The notes: generated by a model from the sequence alone, not told the origin. 64,000 nucleotides of DNA from an uncultured Candidatus Peribacteria bacterium (GCA_964601225.1 CAZRMM010000006.1:20240-84239), one strand, 5' to 3'. Numbered from the stretch's first letter, positions 35,539-44,744 are shown. Numbers and translations are program-made.

Positions 35539-35591
35539 AAAAAGTCGTCCCGAACGTATCGAAGGATGAACCATTTTTGTATACAAGAAAA

Positions 35592-35611
35592 GACCCGCTC
35601 AACAGCGGGTC
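35592..35611. terminator. bidirectional hairpin terminator between convergent genes
   Basis: GACCCGCT-caac-AGCGGGTC is flanked by AAAA upstream and TT downstream. It lies between pheS (+) and 35629..35982 (-). Confidence 0.5.
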
Positions 35612-35628
35612 TTCATGAGAAAAACGCA

Positions 35629-35982
35629 TTAGCTCAACTGAATAAATCCATCTCCCGTACCGGGCTTGTAATTTGTCACAAACTTGTTCTTTTTTGCAGG
35701 AAGTTCTTTTTGTACGTCGGCACCACCGACCGGATGCATGGAAACATTATCCGACTTCTCTGCGGGCATTATCAAGCTCCAATCCTTTGGAACATCGGTA
35801 GACAGAGGATTTCTCCCGATATTCGGAGCATTGTAAGACACCTGAACCAAGTCCTTCACGCCGCCTGCAGTGGAGGCAAAATACGCATCGATCGCTGCGT
35901 TTCGATTATCGTGAGGAGGCTGAACCCCCGAGGCCCGATCGAGACGGTGATCCGAATGCTCGGGAAGAGCGTGTGATGCCAT
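35629..35982 (-). CDS. hypothetical protein (117 aa) in an AT-rich island
   Basis: This is the only long ORF here. A TTGACA-containing promoter-like region and an 18-bp palindrome lie upstream. No family recognised. Confidence 0.4.
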   Translation of the reverse strand: MASHALPEHSDHRLDRASGVQPPHDNRNAAIDAYFASTAGGVKDLVQVSYNAPNIGRNPLSTDVPKDWSLIMPAEKSDNVSMHPVGGADVQKELPAKKNKFVTNYKPGTGDGFIQLS

Positions 35983-36005
35983 AAATTATATTGGTATGAG
36001 GAGTA

Positions 36006-36023
36006 ATGATATTATAATATCAT
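36006..36023. promoter_or_regulatory. perfect 18-bp palindrome ATGATATTATAATATCAT (operator-like)
   Basis: It sits 24 nt upstream of the start of 35629..35982. On the minus strand it overlaps the TATAAT-like hexamers downstream of TTGACA. Confidence 0.5.
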
Positions 36024-36055
36024 ATATTCAAATTTTGTCAATATTCAATGACGTA

Positions 36056-36343
36056 CTAGAAACCCTCATCTCTCTTGAGTTCTTCCAGGGTTGGACGGAC
36101 AAAAGGGCCAAGATTCGGCCCCAGTCTCTCCAGAGGCTTCAGAGCCTGAAACAAAAGCCACCCCAGATCGATCTGTTCGATAAGACGATCAATATCCTCA
36201 CGGACCGCAGGTAATGGGATAACAAAACCGGAGACATCGTTCGACGGAACGATACCCTCGGACGATAAAAGGGGGGCCGTACTGAATTCCGTCGACGAGG
36301 TGAAATTTTTCATGCGCGGTAGAGTGCATGAAAGAAGTGTCAT
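36056..36343 (-). CDS. hypothetical protein (95 aa)
   Basis: This ORF lies in the AT-rich island and overlaps a 72-aa plus-strand ORF (35996..36214). The strand choice is uncertain. Confidence 0.3.
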   Translation of the reverse strand: MTLLSCTLPRMKNFTSSTEFSTAPLLSSEGIVPSNDVSGFVIPLPAVREDIDRLIEQIDLGWLLFQALKPLERLGPNLGPFVRPTLEELKRDEGF

Positions 36344-36380
36344 TGCAAAAGAATTTTCCTCAAAAATTCATTTTACGGCT

Positions 36381-37022
36381 TCATCGAACCATTTTTCCCC
36401 AGTTCTCCGGATCCTTCGCAAACGCCTCCACAAGCTCTGCTTGCTCCTGAGTAATGCGATCCTGGTTCACCGCGACCCGGAGCAAGGTGCCGATCGTCGT
36501 GAGCGGATGGAGCATCACGCCGTGTTCCATGGCGGCTTCGCGCGAGGCGAGAAAATCATAGGTGAAGATCGAGACGATGTCGCTCACCGTGGCTTGGCCC
36601 TCCTCGCGGAGCGCGCTCACGGTAGAGACCGAACTCCCTCCGGTGGACAGGAGATCCTCAACGACCACCACGTGCTTGCCGGGCTTCAGATCGCCCTCGA
36701 TGCGCTTCTTGGCGCCGTGTTCCTTGGCTTTGGCGCGGACGTACACGAAGGGCAGGTTAAGCTTGTCGGCGACGAGCGCCGCCCATCCGATCGCGGCGGT
36801 GGCCGTGCCGGCGACGACGTCGACCGGTACGTGCAGCGACCGCACGCACGACGCGAGGGACTGCACCACGAAACTGCGGGCCTCCGGATGACTGTAGATC
36901 ATGCGGTTGTCGCAGTAGATGGGCGACTTGATACCACTGGTCCAGGTGAAAGGCTGGTCGGGCGACAGACGCACGGCACCGATCGAAAGGAGGAATTCCG
37001 CGATGCGTTCTCCGTGGGGCAT
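36381..37022 (-). CDS. pyrE: orotate phosphoribosyltransferase
   Basis: The PRPP loop is VVVVEDLLSTGGS. SGIKSPIYCDNR and AGTATAAIGWAALVA also match. I start at ATG 37022 (MPHGERIAEFLL) rather than 37082. Confidence 0.85.
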   Translation of the reverse strand: MPHGERIAEFLLSIGAVRLSPDQPFTWTSGIKSPIYCDNRMIYSHPEARSFVVQSLASCVRSLHVPVDVVAGTATAAIGWAALVADKLNLPFVYVRAKAKEHGAKKRIEGDLKPGKHVVVVEDLLSTGGSSVSTVSALREEGQATVSDIVSIFTYDFLASREAAMEHGVMLHPLTTIGTLLRVAVNQDRITQEQAELVEAFAKDPENWGKMVR

Positions 37023-37080
37023 GGGACAAGAATAGACAGCGAGGAACATCACGATCAAGTAGACTACGGTACCGATACGC

Positions 37081-37116
37081 ATTATTGGTTACTGGTTCCT
37101 GGTTATTCGTTATTCG
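37081..37116. repeat. single-arm heptamer array (GTTAYTN)5
   Basis: ATTATTG GTTACTG GTTCCTG GTTATTC GTTATTC is preceded by CCGATACG, an octamer also found next to the array at 33304..33311. Confidence 0.6.
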
Positions 37117-37130
37117 CCATCGCATCAACG

Positions 37131-37817
37131 ATGACTTCCGACCTTCCACCGCAGGCCACCCTCCACGAAGCGGATCTCCGACGCCTGATGGACGCTTTCC
37201 TCGCGGAGAACGCGAAGCTGAACCTTTCGGCGCTCCGCACGCCCGAGACGTGCTGGCACGGGAACATCCTGGATTCATTGCCCGTACTCGACGTACTCCC
37301 GGCGACGGCGATGAAGATCCTCGACGTTGGGACCGGCGGCGGTTTTCCGCTCCTGCCCGTCGCGGTTTGCAGACCGGAGTGGGTCTGCGTGGGCCTCGAT
37401 TCCGTGGAGAAGAAGATCAACGCGCTCGACCGCATCGTGCGGACGATTGGGATCGGCAACGTCGATCTGCTCTGCGGGCGGACCGAGGAACTCGGCAGGA
37501 ATCCGAAGTACCGCGAGACCTTCGACGCCGTCTTCGCGCGCGCCGTCGCGCCCATCAACGTACTCCTCGAATATGTCAGCCCCTTCTGTAAGCCGGGCGG
37601 GAAAGTGATCCTGTGGAAGAGCCTACAGGTGGAAGAGGAGCTGAAGGACTCGCTCCTCGCGCGAGCCGAACTCTCCTGTCATCTCGCCTCGCGCCACGAG
37701 TACGCGCTGCCGGGCACGTGGGGGACGCGCCAACTCCTGATTTTCGAGAAAACGTCTCGCCTGTCGGAGAAATACCCGCGGGGACTCGGGGTGCCGAAGA
37801 AGGATCCGCTGCGCTGA
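37131..37817 (+). CDS. rsmG: 16S rRNA (guanine527-N7)-methyltransferase RsmG
   Basis: These are the C-terminal 228 codons of track ORF 36300..37817. The SAM motif is ILDVGTGGGFPLLPVAV. FDAVFARAVAP and GGKVILWKS also match. Confidence 0.85.
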   Translation: MTSDLPPQATLHEADLRRLMDAFLAENAKLNLSALRTPETCWHGNILDSLPVLDVLPATAMKILDVGTGGGFPLLPVAVCRPEWVCVGLDSVEKKINALDRIVRTIGIGNVDLLCGRTEELGRNPKYRETFDAVFARAVAPINVLLEYVSPFCKPGGKVILWKSLQVEEELKDSLLARAELSCHLASRHEYALPGTWGTRQLLIFEKTSRLSEKYPRGLGVPKKDPLR

Positions 37818-37908
37818 AGGCAGAAAGGCAGCAGGGCAAGAGGGTAGAACGTCTGCGCTCTTTGCGGATCGGCGACCTGCTGCCCTTCTGCCGTTCTGCC
37901 TTGCTGCC
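37816..37908. repeat. hairpin with tandem octamer arms (nAnGGCAG)4 / (nTnCTGCC)4
   Basis: GAAGGCAG AAAGGCAG CAGGGCAA GAGGGTAG (37816..37847) pairs with CTGCTGCC CTTCTGCC GTTCTGCC TTGCTGCC (37877..37908). It begins at the rsmG stop. Confidence 0.65.
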
Positions 37909-37944
37909 CTCGATTCCCGAGGATAAACAAGGCACACTTTCCCC

Positions 37945-38535
37945 GTGGCTAAACCCTACGTCCCCAACGACAAATGGAGCCAGAAGGCCGCGGAACTTGG
38001 ATATCGAGCGCGGTCGGTATTCAAGCTCATGGAGCTCGATGAAAAATTCGACCTCCTGCAAGCCGGAATGACCGTGGTGGACATCGGTGCCGCTCCGGGA
38101 AGTTGGTTGCAGTACGCGAAGGAAAAAGTGGGGCCGAGTGGCCGTGTTTTCGGATTCGATCTGACACCGATCGAACCCATAGCGGAAAACGTGATTACGG
38201 AACAGATCGATGCCCTCGATCGTACGAAGGTGGAATCGGCGCTGCGTAAACACGGCTTTGAACACCCCGACCTGGTGCTGTCCGATATCGCTCCGAATAC
38301 GAGCGGCGTGCGCGACGTGGATCAGTGGAAATCGGTGGAACTGGCAACCGCAGTTTCTCAGGTAGCGAGGTCGATTCTCTCCGTCGGAGGCAGATGCGTC
38401 ATCAAAGTCTTCCGCGGCGGAGATTTTGACGAATTCTTTCGGCGACAAAAAGCCGCCTGGCGCGAATCGAAAGTGGTGGAAGTGACCGCGACGCGCGAAA
38501 GTAGCAGGGAGGTGTACGTGGTGCTAAGGAAGTAA
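37945..38535 (+). CDS. rlmE: 23S rRNA 2'-O-ribose methyltransferase RlmE/FtsJ
   Basis: Matches are YRARSVFKLMELDEKFDLL, VVDIGAAPGSWLQ, LVLSDIAPNTSG and IKVFRG. It uses a GTG start. Confidence 0.85.
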   Translation: MAKPYVPNDKWSQKAAELGYRARSVFKLMELDEKFDLLQAGMTVVDIGAAPGSWLQYAKEKVGPSGRVFGFDLTPIEPIAENVITEQIDALDRTKVESALRKHGFEHPDLVLSDIAPNTSGVRDVDQWKSVELATAVSQVARSILSVGGRCVIKVFRGGDFDEFFRRQKAAWRESKVVEVTATRESSREVYVVLRK

Positions 38536-38611
38536 TCATTCTGACGCCCTGTTTTTCCCGAACATCGTGAGAGACGAATAAGACGACAGGACGACAGGAC
38601 TTCAAGAGATA

Positions 38612-39499
38612 ATGCCCGCAGACGGCGATACACTCCCCTCCATGCTCGTCCTCAAAAACGTCGGCGTGATGCGCGGCAAGCGAACGGTGCTTTCACAGGT
38701 CAATGTGACGATCGAACCCGGCGAGTTCGTGTGCATCGCGGGCGGAAGCGGCAGCGGCAAGACCACGATACTCGAACTTCTTGCGGGCCTGCGAAAGCCG
38801 CAGACGGGAAGCACGGAGGTCGATGGCGTGGACCTTCGAGACATTCCGGAGCCGGCGCTGCAGCTGTATCGCCGACGGCTGGGAGTGGTCTTCGAAGGAG
38901 GGAAACTCATCCCCTATCGTACCGTCGCGGAAAACGTGGCGTTTCCCCTTGAGATCTGCGGCGCTCCGGACAACGTCATTGAGAAGCGCGTGAAAGAGGC
39001 GCTCAGACAAGTGGATCTGACTGGGCGCGACGACGAACTCCCCGACCATCTCACCGCCGACGAACGAACGCGCGTGGCGATTGCGCGGGCAATCGCGCAT
39101 AAGCCTTTGATCGTTCTTGCCGATGAACCGCTGGCGCTGCTCGACCGATCCGAGACCTCCCATATTCTCTCTCTGCTCAAGGAAATCCACGCATCGGGAA
39201 CGACCGTGGTGGTATTCACGCACGACCCGGACGCACTCAAGGGCATTGCCACCCGTATGATTGATCTCGGCGGAAAGATGAGTCCGACCGCGACGACAGA
39301 AGAAACGCCTCGTCACGACGTCTTTGAGAAAATGCCCGCGACGGCACCGATGCCCGTCCCGGCCGCATTCGCGGATCCGACCGCCGTCGCACCGGAGTAC
39401 GAACCAGCGGCCGAGGCGAAAAACGAGCCATCGGACGAAGCCTCGAGATCCAAGACCGGAGGACGAAAGATCCGTGTGACGTCGATCCATTCGGATTGA
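38612..39499 (+). CDS. FtsE-like ABC ATPase with degenerate signature motif and C-terminal extension
   Basis: Walker A is GGSGSGKTT, Walker B is IVLADEP and the H-loop is VVVFTHD. The signature reads LTADERTRVAIARA instead of LSGGEQQR. A ~70-aa Pro/Ala/Glu-rich tail follows. No FtsX gene is adjacent. Confidence 0.7.
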   Translation: MPADGDTLPSMLVLKNVGVMRGKRTVLSQVNVTIEPGEFVCIAGGSGSGKTTILELLAGLRKPQTGSTEVDGVDLRDIPEPALQLYRRRLGVVFEGGKLIPYRTVAENVAFPLEICGAPDNVIEKRVKEALRQVDLTGRDDELPDHLTADERTRVAIARAIAHKPLIVLADEPLALLDRSETSHILSLLKEIHASGTTVVVFTHDPDALKGIATRMIDLGGKMSPTATTEETPRHDVFEKMPATAPMPVPAAFADPTAVAPEYEPAAEAKNEPSDEASRSKTGGRKIRVTSIHSD

Positions 39500-39575
39500 G
39501 AATGACGAACTTCGGGCTTCGAGCTGCGGGATTCTCGCTGCCCTCGGCCCGCCACTCGAAGCCTTTCGTCAAGGT

Positions 39576-40649
39576 ATGAGTTTTCCGTATACTGTGGCCA
39601 TGACCTCCAAGAATTCCCGTTCCCTCTCCTATGCCGCAGCCGGCGTGAACATCGACGAAGCCGATGCCGCCAAAACACGGATGGAGTCGATGCTCAAAAG
39701 CTCCGACAAGCGCGTCTTGAACCAGGTCGGCGCCTTCGCGAGCCTCTACGACGGTCGTTTCCGCGGCTACAAGCAGCCCGTGCTCGTCCTCAAGACGGAG
39801 GAGCCGGGAAGCAAGCAAAAGCTCGCGATCGACAACGGCAAGGTGGAATCGATCTGCCAGGACCTCGTGAATCACCTGCTCAACGACATCATCGTGATGG
39901 GCGCCACACCGCTCTCGGTACAAGACTGCATCGTCTGCGGCAAGCTCGACAAAGAAGTGATCACAAGAATTGTTCAGGGAATGTCGCAAGCCTGCAAGGC
40001 ACAAGGCTGCGTGCTTACGGGTGGCGAGACGTCGGAACAGCCGGGGATCATTCCGGCCGGCACGTACATTCTGAGCGCGAGCGTCATCGGCGTCGCGGAG
40101 AAGCGCGACGTCATCGACGGGCGCAAGATCAAGAAAGGCGACAAAGTGCTGGCGATCGCCAGTAACGGCCTGCATACCAACGGCTACTCCCTCGTGCGCC
40201 GACTGATGAAGGAGGATCCGAAACTCGCGAAGAGGAAAATCGGGCGCGACACGTTCCTGGATGCGATCCTCAAGCCGCACTTGTGTTATTACCAGGCGGT
40301 CCGCCGCCTGTTCCGCGATCGCGGACTCCATGGCATGGCGCACATCACGGGCAGCGGCATCGAGGGGAATCTGTGTCGCATCCTTCCGAAGAACGTGAAC
40401 GCGGTGATCGACCTCTCGACTATCAAGGTGCTCCCGATTTTCAAAGCGATCCGCGACGCGGCTGACGCTCCGGATTCCGAAATGTTGAGAACCTACAACA
40501 TGGGTGTCGGCCTGACGATCGTGGTATCGCGCGCAGCGAAGAAACGCATCCAGACTTCCATCCGGCGCCAAGGCTACGATTGCTATGAAATCGGAGAGAT
40601 CGGTCTCGGTGACGGGAACGTCACCTTCGCAGGGAACATCGACTGGTGA
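39576..40649 (+). CDS. purM: phosphoribosylformylglycinamidine cyclo-ligase (AIR synthetase)
   Basis: YAAAGVNIDEADA, DLVNHLLNDIIVMGATPL, LTGGETSEQPG and SNGLHTNGYSL are PurM motifs. Confidence 0.9.
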   Translation: MSFPYTVAMTSKNSRSLSYAAAGVNIDEADAAKTRMESMLKSSDKRVLNQVGAFASLYDGRFRGYKQPVLVLKTEEPGSKQKLAIDNGKVESICQDLVNHLLNDIIVMGATPLSVQDCIVCGKLDKEVITRIVQGMSQACKAQGCVLTGGETSEQPGIIPAGTYILSASVIGVAEKRDVIDGRKIKKGDKVLAIASNGLHTNGYSLVRRLMKEDPKLAKRKIGRDTFLDAILKPHLCYYQAVRRLFRDRGLHGMAHITGSGIEGNLCRILPKNVNAVIDLSTIKVLPIFKAIRDAADAPDSEMLRTYNMGVGLTIVVSRAAKKRIQTSIRRQGYDCYEIGEIGLGDGNVTFAGNIDW

Positions 40650-40734
40650 TCGCGGCGCTAGCGCGAGCCCAGGAAAGCGACGCCTTCTCCGGAAAATTTG
40701 CCGGAGGATCGCCGCGTCGTAGACTCAAGAGTTG

Positions 40735-41736
40735 ATGCTCCTTCGCCCCAAACCGCCGCCTGCCCCCGAGAAAGGGCCGAAGGTGGCGCCGGGAAGGGTG
40801 GGCGCGCTCGTCTCGGCCGTCACGGCTCCCATCCGCGCCGTCCGCGACGCGATCGCGCGCCGGTTGATCGAACCCTTCGAATCGACGGTGCCGGAGGGAT
40901 ACCGCACGAGCTTTGCTCACAAACGTCTCCTCGCGGTGTGCGGCGCGTTCGGCCTCAGCGTCGCAGCGCTGCTCCATGCCGTTCGCGAACCCGACAATCC
41001 CATCCCTTTCGCATACGCAGGAGATTCTTTCGACGAGCCGGGAAAATGCGAGAGACCGGGGCTCGATGCGCCGATGGAATCTCTCATGGTTCATCTCCGA
41101 CATCCCGACGACCTCAGCGCGTTCCTCCACGAACACACGGAGCACTCGTACCCGGAAGGACTTCTCGATTTTCTCGAGACATACCGCGCGCCTCCCGAAG
41201 AATTTTTCCGGCGGACAAAGAGGATCCAGAGCATCAACGGCGAAACGAAAGAAAAGGCCCACGGTCCCTGCAACAATCCCGCGGAGCACGTCGCCCGCTG
41301 GCTGTGGGCACACGGCGTGCAACCGAGTATCGGACGCACAAGACCGCCCGTCGCCGATCTCATTTTTGATTGGCAGTGGAAAAAATGCCATGAGGTGATG
41401 ATCTACCGGACAGTCGGCGACGAATACGTCGTATTCAGCAACAGCGGATACAGCGTGATACGGGCCCCCTCTCCCAAAGAGGCGCTCGAGAAATTGGATC
41501 CCGGTTCGACCGTGCTCGAACAAGGCGGGATCGTGCCGTGGAAGCAGACCCGAGACAACGCGGTCGCCCGCTTCTTTCACACGCTCGGCGGCAATCAGAC
41601 CGAGCTTCCGGAGCATCCCCGCCATCGGATCGCAGAGCGACATCCGGCCGTTGTCGCCGACGCGGGGATTTCTTGGTTTTCTTCGACGATCTCCAATGCA
41701 ATTTCTGCACTTCAGGATGCCAAAAAAACGGAGTAG
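40735..41736 (+). CDS. hypothetical single-TM protein (333 aa), weak Cys/His hydrolase-like pattern
   Basis: TAGACT (40720..40725) lies 9 nt upstream of the ATG. There is one TM helix (LLAVCGAFGLSVAALLHAV). GPCNNPAEHVARWLWAHGV ... CHEVMIYR ... FSNSG loosely resembles transglutaminase-like cores. The antisense 436-aa ORF is Arg-rich. Confidence 0.5.
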   Translation: MLLRPKPPPAPEKGPKVAPGRVGALVSAVTAPIRAVRDAIARRLIEPFESTVPEGYRTSFAHKRLLAVCGAFGLSVAALLHAVREPDNPIPFAYAGDSFDEPGKCERPGLDAPMESLMVHLRHPDDLSAFLHEHTEHSYPEGLLDFLETYRAPPEEFFRRTKRIQSINGETKEKAHGPCNNPAEHVARWLWAHGVQPSIGRTRPPVADLIFDWQWKKCHEVMIYRTVGDEYVVFSNSGYSVIRAPSPKEALEKLDPGSTVLEQGGIVPWKQTRDNAVARFFHTLGGNQTELPEHPRHRIAERHPAVVADAGISWFSSTISNAISALQDAKKTE

Positions 41737-41929
41737 AAACCCTGTCTGCTTGCGCGCCGATTCCCGGAGCGCATACTGCTCGTGGACATGAACTGTCGCG
41801 AACTCTTCCTCGGCAAGCTCTTCCTCTCCCTTACGACGGGAGCGGTGCTGCGCTGAGTGACCGAACGAAACGCGAGCACCCCTCCCCAGCAGCCGGAGGA
41901 TTTTTTTCATCACTTTCCCCCAATTCCCC

Positions 41930-42310
41930 ATGGTTCACCCTGAAACAATCGACGGCCGTACCGACATCCCCGATGAACTGAAATACGAAGCCGCAACGAC
42001 GGTCGGAGACACCGTTGATCCTCAAGACGGCATGCTCTGGAAAATCGAGGAAACCCCAGACGGACATAAAGTCGTCATTCTTTCCGCGGACGCCTTGGCA
42101 CTCGCAGAAGGAAGAACGAACAATATCCCTCCCGCATACGAACCGCTCGTCGCGACCGTTACGAATACCCGCGGCAACGTGATCAAAGCGACGACCCGGA
42201 ACAATCATTGGCATCCAAAAGTCGTAAAGATCAGCGATACTCTGGAACTGGGATTGCACGACTTCGCCGAGCTGAATCGCGACATACAACTGCAGATGGG
42301 CGCGCAATAA
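41930..42310 (+). CDS. hypothetical protein (126 aa)
   Basis: The ORF is followed immediately by a strong terminator. No family recognised. Confidence 0.45.
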   Translation: MVHPETIDGRTDIPDELKYEAATTVGDTVDPQDGMLWKIEETPDGHKVVILSADALALAEGRTNNIPPAYEPLVATVTNTRGNVIKATTRNNHWHPKVVKISDTLELGLHDFAELNRDIQLQMGAQ

Positions 42311-42317
42311 TTTCCCC

Positions 42318-42352
42318 GGGCATCCGTCGGTTCGGTCGGATGCCCTTTTTTT
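42318..42352 (+). terminator. intrinsic terminator
   Basis: GGGCATCCG-(10 nt)-CGGATGCCC is followed by TTTTTTT. Confidence 0.75.
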
Positions 42353-42654
42353 CCCTCATTGGTATGCCATTCGGCACTCAACCCCGTATTGCAGTTTCTC
42401 TTGAAAACGACCCCCGAGTCCTTCAAGGCATTCTTGCAAACCGTGCAAAGAACCCCGATCACTACGGCAATCATCCTATTGCCACAGAAGAGATCAAACG
42501 AGCCCTCCAGGAGATTCTCGTAAGAAGAAGGGCAAGAGCGAGTTAAACGGCATACCGGCTTTTCGGCCAAATTTTTGCAGGTGAAAACATGGTTTCGGCC
42601 CTTGCAGATCACAAAAAAATCCCTAGACTCCCCGCAATCCGCTTTCCCCCTTCT

Positions 42655-43071
42655 ATGGACCTCGCCACCCAGGTGACCGTCGTCATGAAGAACGTCCCGA
42701 GCTCGCTTGCGAAGGTCGGCGACAAGCTGCGTGCGTCGGAGGTGAACATCGAAGCGATCTCCTGCACGGAAGGCCGTGACAGCACGGCAATCCATCTCAT
42801 TGTGAGCGACCCAGACACCGCGAAAATCGTACTCCGCGAGCTTGGCACCGTCAGCGCTCTCGACGTTCTCGCCTTGAAAATGAAGAACAAGACCGGTGCG
42901 ATCGCCGACATCGGCCGCGCTCTTGCCGCCGCGGGCATCAACATCGGAAGCATCTACGCCACGACGTGCGGCAAGGAGGCGATGGTCTACGTGACGGTGC
43001 TCAACGCCGACCCCGCCGAAGCGCTCAACGCGATGAGGGCCTGGGAGAAGAAGCGAAACGCCATGATCTGA
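42655..43071 (+). CDS. tandem ACT-domain protein
   Basis: Two beta-alpha-beta-beta-alpha-beta-like units are present (VTVVMKNVPSSLAKVGDKLRASEVNIEAIS and LALKMKNKTGAIADIGRALAAAGINIGSIY). TAGACT at 42624..42629 acts as the -10. Confidence 0.6.
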   Translation: MDLATQVTVVMKNVPSSLAKVGDKLRASEVNIEAISCTEGRDSTAIHLIVSDPDTAKIVLRELGTVSALDVLALKMKNKTGAIADIGRALAAAGINIGSIYATTCGKEAMVYVTVLNADPAEALNAMRAWEKKRNAMI

Positions 43072-43118
43072 GCCGCTCGGCGAGAGCGCTGAAAATACCG
43101 GAAGGGTATTCTTTCGAC

Positions 43119-44138
43119 ATGGCCCTCTTCTCCCGCCCATCTCACTCCCCCTTCGGACCGCGACTCCGCTGGATGTATGCCGTCGCATCGACGCTGTTTG
43201 TGGGGGGACTCTACATGGACGGCTGGGCGCACCTGCACGTCCCGGAACTGGAAACGTTCTTCACGGTCTGGCACGCGATTTTCTACTCCGGCTTCGCCCT
43301 GACGGCCGGACTGCTCATCCACGAGATTTTTCGCCGAAGGAACCGATCCAAAGACTGGCGAAGTGCCGTCCCAAGCGGACAGGGCCTGACACTCCTCGGA
43401 ATCGGGATCTTTGCACTCGGAGGAATCGGCGACATGCTGTGGCACACCGTTTTCGGTATCGAGATAGATATCGAAGCCCTGTTGAGCCCCACGCATTTAC
43501 TCCTCGCTTTCGGTCTTTTCCTCATCGTCACCGGAGGCATCCGGGACCAATGGTCTCGGAGCGAGAATGCGTACGGAGGAAATCTTTTTGCCTCCATGCC
43601 CTACGTACTCTCGATGAACTGCGCATTTGCGGGAATCGTTTTTCTCATCCAATTCGGCGAATTCACAGACTTCGGCTTCGCGAAAGAGTGGATACCCGAT
43701 TCCGGAGCGCTGCGCTTTTACCAGCAAGCGACGCCGATCCTCGGTGCGATGCTCTTCTCCGCAATCCTCACCGGAACGTTCACAACGCTCCTCAAGCGCG
43801 GACGCCTGCCCTTCGGCGCCGTGACGCTGGTGCTCGGGCTCACGATGACGGGACTCAGCGTGAATCGCGGGGGCACTGCATACATCCCCGCGGCGCTCCT
43901 TGCAGGACTCGTCGGTGATACGTTGCTTGAAACAGCCGAGTGGAGCCGCAACCGCACCCGTTGGCTCCGCCTCTTCTCCTTTCTCCTGCCCTTCTCCCTC
44001 TACGCCTTCATGATGACGACCCTCACCGTCGTGAAGGGCACGTGGCTCACGGTGCACATGTGGACGGGGATCCCCGTGCTCGCCGGACTCGCCGGAGGCC
44101 TGATCGGCCTGACGGCCTTCGGCAACGACGACCAGTGA
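43119..44138 (+). CDS. polytopic membrane protein (339 aa)
   Basis: About 9 hydrophobic segments with conserved His/Trp (WAHLHVPE, WHAIFY, DMLWHTVFGIE). I start at ATG 43119. No family recognised. Confidence 0.55.
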   Translation: MALFSRPSHSPFGPRLRWMYAVASTLFVGGLYMDGWAHLHVPELETFFTVWHAIFYSGFALTAGLLIHEIFRRRNRSKDWRSAVPSGQGLTLLGIGIFALGGIGDMLWHTVFGIEIDIEALLSPTHLLLAFGLFLIVTGGIRDQWSRSENAYGGNLFASMPYVLSMNCAFAGIVFLIQFGEFTDFGFAKEWIPDSGALRFYQQATPILGAMLFSAILTGTFTTLLKRGRLPFGAVTLVLGLTMTGLSVNRGGTAYIPAALLAGLVGDTLLETAEWSRNRTRWLRLFSFLLPFSLYAFMMTTLTVVKGTWLTVHMWTGIPVLAGLAGGLIGLTAFGNDDQ

Positions 44139-44185
44139 CGCGGAACTCCCTTGTTTTTCGTTTTTCGCACAAGTATATTTTTCCC

Positions 44186-44680
44186 ATGCGCCGTATTGCC
44201 ATTATCACGGCCCTGATCGTCACCGTTTTGACTCCTCACGCCTCGCAAGCGGCTGAGTCACGCGCGGAAAAGTTCAACGCAATGACCCCCGTCCAAAAGG
44301 AGGATTTCATGAGGGCGTATCTTCCGCGCAGAGGCCTACTCAATCTGGCGATGTCCGGCGAAGGCGGACATTTGAATCGCAACGGCACCCTGAACGTCGT
44401 CTGGAAGCTCGACTACGCAGGCGAAAACGACACTCGCCCGACACTCGGGGAAGGAGCGTGGAATATTTCCCGGGGGGCACTCACGATCACGGGGACATCG
44501 ATCTCCGACGGAACTTTCTCCATCGGGAAGTTCCGCGCATTCACGTACAAACGAAGGCTTGTCCTCTCGAACTGCGCGGAGAACTCACCTCTGCTGGGCA
44601 CCCAACCCTCATGGCGGACTACGCTGACGAATGCCGACCGCTTGGCACTGTCCGAACTGCAGTGGCAAGAGTGCCAATAA
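44186..44680 (+). CDS. secreted hypothetical protein (164 aa)
   Basis: The signal peptide is MRRIAIITALIVTVLTPHASQA. I start at ATG 44186. Confidence 0.45.
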   Translation: MRRIAIITALIVTVLTPHASQAAESRAEKFNAMTPVQKEDFMRAYLPRRGLLNLAMSGEGGHLNRNGTLNVVWKLDYAGENDTRPTLGEGAWNISRGALTITGTSISDGTFSIGKFRAFTYKRRLVLSNCAENSPLLGTQPSWRTTLTNADRLALSELQWQECQ

Positions 44681-44744
44681 CGGCTTATTCGCCCCCAAAC
44701 CCGATTGCCTGACCGCTGTTTTCTGATATCGTCTACCGGCGCAT

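Noticed and set aside
34387-35618. ORFs 34387..35586 (-) and 34494..35618 (+) overlapping pheS
   Set aside because: The pheS frame carries the class II synthetase motifs. The alternatives are Arg/His/Pro-rich.
36300-37130. N-terminal 277 codons of the 505-aa plus-strand ORF 36300..37817
   Set aside because: This part is antisense to pyrE and Arg/Gly/His-rich. Only the portion from ATG 37131 matches RsmG.
39237-41931. Minus-strand ORFs 39237..40571 and 40621..41931 (444 and 436 aa)
   Set aside because: The first is antisense to purM. The second is Arg-rich and lies opposite a more protein-like plus-strand ORF that also has a -10 element directly upstream.
42205-43188. 327-aa minus-strand ORF across the ACT-domain gene region; also the small plus-strand ORF 42364..42546 (60 aa)
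   Set aside because: The minus-strand ORF is Arg-rich and antisense to the ACT gene and to a terminator. The 60-aa ORF (MPFGTQPRIAVSLENDPRVLQGILANRAKNPDHYG...) follows a terminator and could be real, but I see no promoter or family support, so I did not call it.
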